From IMG/VR virus record IMGVR_UViG_3300046739_000271, positions 1 through 47,573 of that record: a DNA stretch of 47,573 bases; one strand, written 5' to 3'. Positions 34,599 to 41,940 of this stretch are shown one piece after another. The DNA comes from a virus (taxonomy: Duplodnaviria > Caudoviricetes). The notes under the pieces were generated by a model. It ran no database searches. It saw only the letters and a list, made by a program, of their open reading frames with translations, and was not told the origin of the DNA. Position numbers and translations under genes: made by a program. Within the stretch, counting starts at the first letter, position 1. Each line of letters opens with the position of its first letter.

Positions 34599-35828
34599 GT
34601 GAGTCATCGCGAAGACTGGATGATTGCCCGGATGAGTCCAGCGGTTCGGGCTCTTGCCGAATGCAAGGATGCCGGGGACGCCAAGCGGGTTGCCGATCTG
34701 GCTCATGCTGCCGAGGTCTACGCCCGGCGGCAGAAACTCGGCAACGAGGCCATCGACTACGCCCGCGCCGTCGTCGTGGACGCCATGACGATGATGGGGG
34801 AGATGCTGAGGACCGAGCCCAAGAACCCGGGGACCCGCACAGCGGGCGGCGGGAAGGGGGCAGGTGGTTCCATCAAGGCACCGCCTGCCACCCCTAAGCT
34901 CGCCGACCTGGGCATCTCGAAGAAGGAGTCGGCGGCGGCTCAGACGCTCGCCACGATCAAGAAGAAGGCCCCGGCGCTGCACGACAAGATCAAGGATGGT
35001 AAGACGACGGTCGCCAAGGCTAAGGTCGAGGTCCGCCGGCAGGAGAAGCGGGAAGAGTTGAAGCAGAAGGCCAAGGCCGCCCCTGCCTCGCCGAACTGGC
35101 AGATCATCCACGGCGACTGTCGCGCCCAACTTGGCATCAGTGAACGGCCGCGCCTGATCTTCGCGGACCCGCCTTACAACATCGGCATCGACTACGGCGA
35201 GGGCGAGGAAGCCGATGAGTTGCCCTACGACGACTTCATTCAATTCTGTTCCGAGTGGATCGCCGTCTGTCACGCCCGCCTGACTCCCGACGGCAGTCTG
35301 TGGGTACTAATCGGCGACGAGTTCGCGGCCGAGATCGCCGTCCTACTTCGACAGCATGGGTTCCACCGACGGGCCTGGATCAAATGGTATGAGACGTTCG
35401 GCGTGAACTGCGCCAACAATTTCAACCGCTGCTCGCGCCACTTGTTCTATTGCACCCGTGAGCCGGATAACTTCGTCTTTAACGAGACGGCTGTCCTTCG
35501 CCCGTCTGCCCGCCAAGTGATCTACAACGACGGACGGGCTTCCACTAGCGGCAAGTTATGGGACGACGTTTGGGTGATTCCGCGTCTTCCGGGGACGGCC
35601 AAGGAACGAATACCCGACTTCCCCACTCAACTGCCTCTCGAATTGATCACGCCGATCATCGAGGTTGCCACCGAACCGGGCGACTTGGTTCTTGACCCGT
35701 TCAGTGGGAGCGGAACGACTGGTGTTTCGTCCATTCGCCTCGGTCGCCGGTTCGTGGGAATCGAGAAGTCTAAAGAGTTCGTCGAGCGGTCCCGGGAGCG
35801 GCTTGCCGCGGAGGGTTGCACCAAATGA
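34599..35828 (+). CDS. N4/N6 DNA methyltransferase (beta type) with N-terminal extension
   Basis: IIHGDC, FADPPYN, FPTQLP, VLDPFSGSGTT; start GTG 34599 or ATG 34620. Confidence 0.9.
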   Translation: MSHREDWMIARMSPAVRALAECKDAGDAKRVADLAHAAEVYARRQKLGNEAIDYARAVVVDAMTMMGEMLRTEPKNPGTRTAGGGKGAGGSIKAPPATPKLADLGISKKESAAAQTLATIKKKAPALHDKIKDGKTTVAKAKVEVRRQEKREELKQKAKAAPASPNWQIIHGDCRAQLGISERPRLIFADPPYNIGIDYGEGEEADELPYDDFIQFCSEWIAVCHARLTPDGSLWVLIGDEFAAEIAVLLRQHGFHRRAWIKWYETFGVNCANNFNRCSRHLFYCTREPDNFVFNETAVLRPSARQVIYNDGRASTSGKLWDDVWVIPRLPGTAKERIPDFPTQLPLELITPIIEVATEPGDLVLDPFSGSGTTGVSSIRLGRRFVGIEKSKEFVERSRERLAAEGCTK

Positions 35829-36277
35829 CGTTCAGCGAAATTGACCTTTACGAAGCGATCTACGACGTTCGCGCCGAACTGGAACGGTCCGGCCGCTCGA
35901 CCGGTTCCGACGGGCTACTCATCGACCTTGACCGACGCGAGGAATTGTGTCGGATGATCCAGTTCAGGTTACCGATTGGTACTCCGTACTCGGCCGCACA
36001 AATGGTTGATGCTTGGGTCGCGTTCCGAAAGCGATCCGATGGTAAGGCGTTGCTCGTCGTTGAAATCGCCCGGAGTCACGGTCGTCAATGTTTCTGGAAA
36101 GGACGCGGCCTCGGAAACTGCTCGGATGATGTGAGCATTGACCGATTGCTGCCCGGGAGTCGGGGCGGCTTGTACACGGTCGCCAATTGCGTGCTCGCTT
36201 GCGGGACGCATAACTCGATGAGACGCGACCGGACGATTGAAGAATTCCTTGGTCACTCAGTTGGAGTCGTATCGTGA
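35825..36277 (+). CDS. HNH endonuclease-like protein (degenerate active site)
   Basis: CFW...C..SIDRLLPGSRGG...NCVLACGTHN; the usual DH is DR here. Confidence 0.7.
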   Translation: MTFSEIDLYEAIYDVRAELERSGRSTGSDGLLIDLDRREELCRMIQFRLPIGTPYSAAQMVDAWVAFRKRSDGKALLVVEIARSHGRQCFWKGRGLGNCSDDVSIDRLLPGSRGGLYTVANCVLACGTHNSMRRDRTIEEFLGHSVGVVS

Positions 36278-36648
36278 GTCGCTTCGGCCGCCCCGACCCC
36301 GAGACGGTTCGTCGCTGCCTGGACCTGGCCGCCGGCCCGCAGCCGCGGCCGAAGATCAGCGAGAAAGCATTCATGGCCGAGGTCATTCGGCTGGCGAAGC
36401 GGAACGGGTGGCGATACTTCCACCCGTTTGACAGCCGGCGCAGCGTGGCAGGATTCCCCGATTTGGTCTTGCTTCGCGGCAAGACGATCATCGTGGCCGA
36501 GTTGAAGGTGGGCGATAACGTACTGACCACCGATCAACTTGATTGGCTGGGGGCGTTCACGGACGCCGGAGTTCGAGCGGTTATCTGGTACCCGGGCATG
36601 TTTGAAGAGATCGGGCGGATCCTGGCGGACGCGGGCACACGCGGCTGA
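36274..36648 (+). CDS. VRR-NUC domain nuclease
   Basis: SEKAF...GFPDLVLLR....VAELKV......Q..W. Confidence 0.85.
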   Translation: MSRFGRPDPETVRRCLDLAAGPQPRPKISEKAFMAEVIRLAKRNGWRYFHPFDSRRSVAGFPDLVLLRGKTIIVAELKVGDNVLTTDQLDWLGAFTDAGVRAVIWYPGMFEEIGRILADAGTRG

Positions 36649-36672
36649 CCCGGCACGGCCGGGCGGGAGGGG

Positions 36673-36903
36673 ATGATGGCAGATCAGATCGACTACGACG
36701 ATCCGGGTAGGAATATGTTCGGCCTCCGTCCGTGCCCGAAGTGCGGGAGCAAGTACCGCTGGCCCACTCGTTCGGATCACCCGACTGATCCGAACGGCAT
36801 TCTGTGCGACGATTGCGGCCACAAGGAGTTGCTTGATGGTCGCGTGCGAAACAAGTACGACCCGCGCGACGTGGCCATGCTCGGCGGTGACCCGTCCGAA
36901 TAG
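36673..36903 (+). CDS. Zinc-ribbon protein (Lar-like)
   Basis: LRPCPKCGS...ILCDDCG. Confidence 0.7.
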   Translation: MMADQIDYDDPGRNMFGLRPCPKCGSKYRWPTRSDHPTDPNGILCDDCGHKELLDGRVRNKYDPRDVAMLGGDPSE

Positions 36904-36932
36904 GCTGACCGCGGGCCGGCCAACGGGAGGGG

Positions 36933-37706
36933 ATGACGATGGACGACGCAACGCGGGCGGACTGGCTTCAGGCCGCCATCGAAGTAACCGAGACCAAGAG
37001 CGACCCGCTAATTGAGGACGCTTACGACGCAGCCCGGGTGAGTGTGCCCCGCAACGCCTGGCTGTCTGCCGTGGCGACGGCGTGCTTCTCGCGTGCCTAC
37101 CTCGCCGCCCACGCCACGCCCCCGCCGGCCGGCCAACGGGAGGGGATGACGATGGACGACGCGGAGAAAAGGGCCATCGATGCCGTGCGTGTCTACCTTC
37201 GTTTCGTGGAGTCCAAGAGGGACGTTCCCGGAGCGGTTATATGTGATTTCGTTCAACACCGGAATGCCGCACTGGCTGCCTTGCTGAAAGAGTATGACGC
37301 CGCCACGCCCCCGCCGGCCGACGACGAGGCGGGGCGGCTGCGAGAGTTGCTTCGGAGGATGGTGGAGCGGTATGCTCCCCACTCCAGCTCGTGCGGCAGG
37401 TTCGACGAGTCCGGCAAGGTCGTCATAACAGAGGCGAGTTGCCAGTGCGATCTGCTGGCGAAAGAAGCACGCGCCGCCCTCGCCCACCGACCGGGCGACA
37501 CCCAGGCCGCCGACGAGGCGGGGCGGCTGCGGGCGGCCCTGCTGGTGTACCGAACGGCTCAGCGACGAATGCTGGAACGTTGGGCCGATGGTGACGCTGC
37601 GGTCCGTCAAGAATTGTGGCGAGACTTACACGCCTGCGAAGAGGTCGCAGACGAAGCCCTCGCCCACCGACCGGGCGGCGGGCTCGCCGGGAGGGACGCG
37701 ACGTGA
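36933..37706 (+). CDS. Mosaic protein of four modules joined by repeated linkers
   Basis: MTMDDA x2, ATPPPA x2, DEAGRLR x2 and ALAHRPG x2, each exact at DNA level. Confidence 0.75.
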   Translation: MTMDDATRADWLQAAIEVTETKSDPLIEDAYDAARVSVPRNAWLSAVATACFSRAYLAAHATPPPAGQREGMTMDDAEKRAIDAVRVYLRFVESKRDVPGAVICDFVQHRNAALAALLKEYDAATPPPADDEAGRLRELLRRMVERYAPHSSSCGRFDESGKVVITEASCQCDLLAKEARAALAHRPGDTQAADEAGRLRAALLVYRTAQRRMLERWADGDAAVRQELWRDLHACEEVADEALAHRPGGGLAGRDAT

Positions 37707-37846
37707 TGACCTTCGGCTGGTATCCGTGGCATGGCGCAGGACTGCCTAGTCCGGTGCTCGGCTGGGCGGTGTTTGTCACCTTCTGGCTGGTCGCCCTTGG
37801 GTTGGCCAGTTTATCGCGCCGAATCGGAAAGGCCGGTGCCCCATGA
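37706..37846 (+). CDS. Small membrane protein
   Basis: TGATG and ATGA overlaps; one TM. Confidence 0.55.
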   Translation: MTFGWYPWHGAGLPSPVLGWAVFVTFWLVALGLASLSRRIGKAGAP

Positions 37847-38187
37847 CCCAGACGATTCAGGAGGACCGCGACGTGACTCTAGAAGAGTTCTGGTACAACT
37901 TGGCTGAGTGGTCGAACCGGACATTCGGCTATGAGCACGACCGGGGGCCGGTCGGACCGCTCCGACACTTGGCCAAGGAAGTACAAGAAACGCTCGACCA
38001 ACCGACGGAACTGATCGAATACGCTGACATGCTCCACTTGATTTTCGATGCCTGCCGTAGAGCCGGGTACAGTTACGACGATCTGAGGCATGCGGCGGCT
38101 TACAAGTTGTCGGTCAACCAACACCGACTTTGGCCTAAGCCGACTAGCGATGAACCGGTCGAACACATCCGAGACAGTGCCCCATGA
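37843..38187 (+). CDS. DUF550 / dATP-dGTP pyrophosphohydrolase-like protein
   Basis: WSNRTFG...GPVGPLRHLAKEVQE...EYADM...D..RRAG...KL.VN..R.WP. Confidence 0.85.
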   Translation: MTQTIQEDRDVTLEEFWYNLAEWSNRTFGYEHDRGPVGPLRHLAKEVQETLDQPTELIEYADMLHLIFDACRRAGYSYDDLRHAAAYKLSVNQHRLWPKPTSDEPVEHIRDSAP

Positions 38188-38699
38188 CCCCGACCCCACT
38201 GCCCGCGAGCGGGACCCACGACGGCAAGCACAATTTCAACGACGGGGCGGACCGGATGACATGCGTCCTGTGCGGCTACCTCGTTCGCGAGGGAGAACCG
38301 ACTGATCCGGTCTGTCCCGGAGTTAAGCCCGCGAGCCCCCAGGTGGGGGAGCGGAGAATCACTCCGATTAACGACGACTTCGCGATCGTATGGGAGCCAA
38401 GTGGCCGGGCGTTGACTCATGCGATTCCGATTGCCGACGCCGACCTGCTCGCCCACGGCCGCGAGCGGATCGCGGACCTGGAGACTCGAGTACGAACACT
38501 CCGCAAGATGCTGGCCGCCGCGTGCAGTCCCGAAGAGGAGAAGCGGATCGCGAACCTGGAGCGGCGATTGGTGGCAACCGCCGTGCGAATCGCGCCGGAC
38601 AACCGGGTGTGTTGGTGCGGCACGGTCAACCCGAACGGAAAACACAGCCTGAATTGTATCGCTAACCGGGCGGCCCTGGCCGACTCATCTCCCGGCTAA
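38184..38699 (+). CDS. Hypothetical protein with Cys motifs and duplicated RIA(D/N)LE coiled coil
   Basis: ATGA overlap; CVLC and CWC...H..NC. Confidence 0.65.
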   Translation: MTPTPLPASGTHDGKHNFNDGADRMTCVLCGYLVREGEPTDPVCPGVKPASPQVGERRITPINDDFAIVWEPSGRALTHAIPIADADLLAHGRERIADLETRVRTLRKMLAAACSPEEEKRIANLERRLVATAVRIAPDNRVCWCGTVNPNGKHSLNCIANRAALADSSPG

Positions 38700-38879
38700 C
38701 GTGAACCTATTACGTGAGAGGTTCCACGCCGGGCCGGATAAGCCGGGGGGAAGCCGGAAGCGCCAGCCGTAAAAGGATTTGACCCCTAGACATGGCCCGG
38801 GATTTCGTAGTACACTGAATAACCGAGTGCGCAACGTGGACGGGGACGGGTCCGCCGCCTTCTCTCTCATTCGGAAACG

Positions 38880-38951
38880 GGTGGGGGAGGGGAATCGAAC
38901 CCCCCTCAGTCGTTTACAAAACGACTGCTTTAGCCGCTAAGCTACCCCCAC
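38880..38951 (-). tRNA. tRNA-Thr(TGT), no encoded CCA
   Basis: Full cloverleaf: GTGGGGG/CCCCCAC, GCTT/AAGC, GTCGT-TTTGTAA-ACGAC, GGGGG-TTCGATT-CCCCT. Confidence 0.9.
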
Positions 38952-39390
38952 CATGCGGCCGCTCACGTCGCCGGCCCGGCGGTGCTAACGACACCGCCGG
39001 AACCGGCGACACTCAGGCTAATGTCGCGTGCTTCATCGCACGCCCTCCAGTCTGAGAATGCTCCGCCTCTCCGGTCCCAGGGCGTCGAAACTCGGGAACC
39101 TTCGGGTGCGGATCGGTAGGGTTTGGGTGACTGGCCCCGCGCCAGTCACCCTTGCCCGAAATCAGGTCTATAGTCGCGGGAGACATGGGTTCCTCCCGGA
39201 CGTGTTTCTCTTCCGTCACGACTTCGCGGCCGCTAGCATTTCGCGCCACCCTTTTTTGAGCTTCCAAAACCCCAGCCGAAATTGGGAGGGATTAACTGGC
39301 CCATGCTGTGCGAGAAAGGCCGTGAGGTCCTGGCCGGCGGGCGGGGCGGGGATATGCCGTGATGGCCCCAATTCCTTGTACAATCCTCGC

Positions 39391-39969
39391 ATGGCCGGCA
39401 AACGGCCCACACGCCCCATGACCGAGGCCCACGACATCGCCAAGGCTCAGGCCGGCGACCGAGACGCCGCCGGCCGCGTCCTCGCCGCCCACCGCGGCCT
39501 CATCGTCCAGTGGTGCAACGACCTCGTCCAGCCCGGCCTCGAACTTGATGACATGATCCAGGAGGCCCATCTCGCCGGCCTCTCCGCCATCCGCTGGTTC
39601 CGACCACGACGCGGCTTCCAGTTCAGCACGTACTTGAAACGCTGCGTGTGTAACCGGCTGGCGACGTGGCGACAGGACCGCCGCCAGCGACCGACCGCCC
39701 AGGAGCCCGAAGAGGATGGCACGCTCGAACTGCTCGCCGAGCTCGACAGCCACGACAATTTCGTCGTCATGCAGATGGTCCGCAGCTTAAGCAAGCGGGA
39801 CCGAACCGTCCTCGATCTGCGCTTCGGGCTCAGCGGCGGTGGACCGCTGGGCCCCGTCACCGTCGCCCGTCGGCTGGGCATCTCCGAGGCCCACGTCCGC
39901 CAGATCGAAGTCGAGGCCAAGGCCGACCTGCGCTTCATGGCGGGGCCGGGGTACGACCCGGCGGGCTAA
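39391..39969 (+). CDS. Sigma-70 family RNA polymerase sigma factor (regions 2 and 4)
   Basis: DDMIQEA..A...AI..F.P.RGFQFSTY; LSKRDRTVLDLRFGL...VARRLGISEAHVRQIE; TACAAT 6 nt upstream of the ATG. Confidence 0.9.
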   Translation: MAGKRPTRPMTEAHDIAKAQAGDRDAAGRVLAAHRGLIVQWCNDLVQPGLELDDMIQEAHLAGLSAIRWFRPRRGFQFSTYLKRCVCNRLATWRQDRRQRPTAQEPEEDGTLELLAELDSHDNFVVMQMVRSLSKRDRTVLDLRFGLSGGGPLGPVTVARRLGISEAHVRQIEVEAKADLRFMAGPGYDPAG

Positions 39970-39980
39970 GTTTGGGCATG
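39966..39980 (+). promoter_or_regulatory. Late promoter motif copy 5 (CTAAGTT TGGGC ATG)
   Basis: Overlaps the sigma stop codon and abuts the terminase small subunit ATG. Confidence 0.7.
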
Positions 39981-40430
39981 GCCGCGCGGCGAGCGAGGTA
40001 CACCGAAGAATACATCGCGAACGCCTTGGTCCGGCTGGCCGCGAATGGTGGAAACGTCTGCAAGACGGCGCGGGAACTCGGCATCAACGAGGCCACGCTC
40101 CGGCACTGGAAGAAGGGAAACCGTGCCCCGGAAATCCGTCAAGTGGCCGCACTTAAAATGCGCCCGGCCGCCGAAGACTGCGAGCGGATCGCGGTCCTGC
40201 TCCTGAACCAGATCGAGTCGAAGGTCGATACCAGTAACCTCGTCGGCACGTCCACCGCGTTCGGGATCATGCTCGACAAGGCGGGTATGTTGCGAGCCGC
40301 CGCCCCGCCCGAAGACGGTGAGCAGCCCATCGACCTGTCGAAACTCAGCCCCGAGCGATTGGAAATCCTGAATGGCTGGCTTGCTGAGTCCAATGATCCA
40401 ACCGGCGATCCATCGGGCGCTGGCTCGTAA
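39978..40430 (+). CDS. terS: Terminase small subunit (HTH)
   Basis: YTEE...GNVCKTARELGINEATLRHW; directly before the large subunit. Confidence 0.7.
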   Translation: MAARRARYTEEYIANALVRLAANGGNVCKTARELGINEATLRHWKKGNRAPEIRQVAALKMRPAAEDCERIAVLLLNQIESKVDTSNLVGTSTAFGIMLDKAGMLRAAAPPEDGEQPIDLSKLSPERLEILNGWLAESNDPTGDPSGAGS

Positions 40431-41910
40431 AAGACTCCATCACTTCACCCGCCTGACGTGGCCGGCCTACCAGTGGAGCTGGCACCACCGGGCCATCTGC
40501 AAATACTTGGACGCGCTGACGGACGGCACGATCAATCGCCTCATGGTCCTCGCCCCGCCCCGGCACGGTAAAAGCGAGCTCGCCTCCCGTCGGTTCCCCG
40601 CCTACTACCTCGGCCGGTTCCCGGACAACGAGGTGATGCAACTGACCTACGCGGCCGACCTGGCGAGTGCGATGAATCGGGACGTGCAGAGGATCATCGA
40701 CAGCCCGACTTACGGCCGCGTGTTCCCCGGCACCCGGCTGGCCGCCAAGGGAGCCCACCACCAGCAGCATCGGGCCAAGCGGACCGACGATCTGTTCGAG
40801 GTGGTCGGCCGCAAAGGTCGGCTCCGCTCGACCGGTATCCTGGGCGGGATCACGGGCATGGGGTTCCACCTGGGCGTGGCCGACGACTTGTACAAGAACG
40901 CGGAAGAGGCGCTGTCCATCACGATCCGGCAGAAGGTCATGGAGGAGTGGCGGTCATCGTTCCTGACCCGCCAGTACCCGGACGCGGCCATTCTGCTCAT
41001 CGGCACGCACTGGCATCATGACGACATTTACGGGGTGTTGAGCCGGGAGGAGGATTGGGAGATTCTGACGTTCCCGGCCCTCTCGGAAGGCCGGCTCCAC
41101 GTCGATGACGAGCGGACCGAAGACGGGTTGGCACTCTGGCCGGAGCGATTCAACGCCGACTGGCTCGCCAAGATCAAACGCGACGTCGGATCGCTGTGGT
41201 GGAATGCGCTTTACCAACAGCATCCCATTCCCGAGGGCGGCAACTACTTCACGCGGAAATCGTTCGGCCGGTACAAGGATGCGGGCGATTACTGGATTCT
41301 CGCCGACCGACCCGGCGCGATCCATAAGTCGTCGTGTACTGTGCTCGGCAGCGTGGACCCGGCCGCCTCGGAGAAGCAGTCGGCCGATTACACGGCCATG
41401 CTCGCCGGGGCCCTGACCCCGCTGGGCGACCTGCTCTTGCTGGAGTCGGAGAAAGAGCGGATGACGCCCGACAAGATTCCGCCGGCCATGCTCCGGTTCG
41501 CCCGCCGCCACGGGATCGAGTTCTACACGTTCGAGGACAGCGGATTCCAGATCGCGGTTGTGTTGGAAGCTCGCAAGCTGAACGGGATGCCGCCGATCCG
41601 CGAAGTGGCCCCGCGTGGCAAGGGCAAGGTGGTCCGGGCCACCCCGGCTATGGTCAAGGCCGAGGCCGGTCAGGTGTACGTGCCCGACCCGTCCCCGCCG
41701 TGGCTGGACAACTGGTTCGATGTGCTGGAACGGTTCCGGGGTGAGGACGAGGAGAATGACGTTGTCGATGCGTTCGCCGATATGGTCCGTCAGTGCCCGC
41801 GGCTGACGGCCGAGAAGTCCACGATGGACGAGGACGAGGTCATGGAGCGGCTGAGCCTGCGGGACCGTGAGGCGACATCGACCCGGCATGGGATGTGGGG
41901 GCGACGGTAG
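40393..41910 (+). CDS. terL: Terminase large subunit
   Basis: APPRHGKSE Walker A, GVADD Walker B, ALYQQHP, SVDPA...DYTA, DVVDA. Confidence 0.95.
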   Translation: MIQPAIHRALARKRLHHFTRLTWPAYQWSWHHRAICKYLDALTDGTINRLMVLAPPRHGKSELASRRFPAYYLGRFPDNEVMQLTYAADLASAMNRDVQRIIDSPTYGRVFPGTRLAAKGAHHQQHRAKRTDDLFEVVGRKGRLRSTGILGGITGMGFHLGVADDLYKNAEEALSITIRQKVMEEWRSSFLTRQYPDAAILLIGTHWHHDDIYGVLSREEDWEILTFPALSEGRLHVDDERTEDGLALWPERFNADWLAKIKRDVGSLWWNALYQQHPIPEGGNYFTRKSFGRYKDAGDYWILADRPGAIHKSSCTVLGSVDPAASEKQSADYTAMLAGALTPLGDLLLLESEKERMTPDKIPPAMLRFARRHGIEFYTFEDSGFQIAVVLEARKLNGMPPIREVAPRGKGKVVRATPAMVKAEAGQVYVPDPSPPWLDNWFDVLERFRGEDEENDVVDAFADMVRQCPRLTAEKSTMDEDEVMERLSLRDREATSTRHGMWGRR

Positions 41911-41921
41911 CCTACGACGAC

Positions 41922-41940
41922 CGGTCTAAGTTCGGGCATG
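41922..41940 (+). promoter_or_regulatory. Late promoter motif copy 6 (CGGT CTAAGTT CGGGC ATG)
   Basis: Motif match abutting the portal ATG. Confidence 0.75.

Noticed and set aside
36914-37677. CRISPR array or DGR template/variable repeats
   Set aside because: The repeats are four different pairs inside a coding frame with no A-specific mismatches, and I saw no cas or reverse transcriptase gene.
38731-38758. Fifth dif-like site or REP (GGGCCGGATAAG)
   Set aside because: Matches a left arm only, with no TTATGT-like right arm; single copy.
39028-39390. N-terminal extension of the sigma ORF
   Set aside because: Not protein-like and overlaps the structured region; ATG 39391 has a TACAAT at leaderless spacing.
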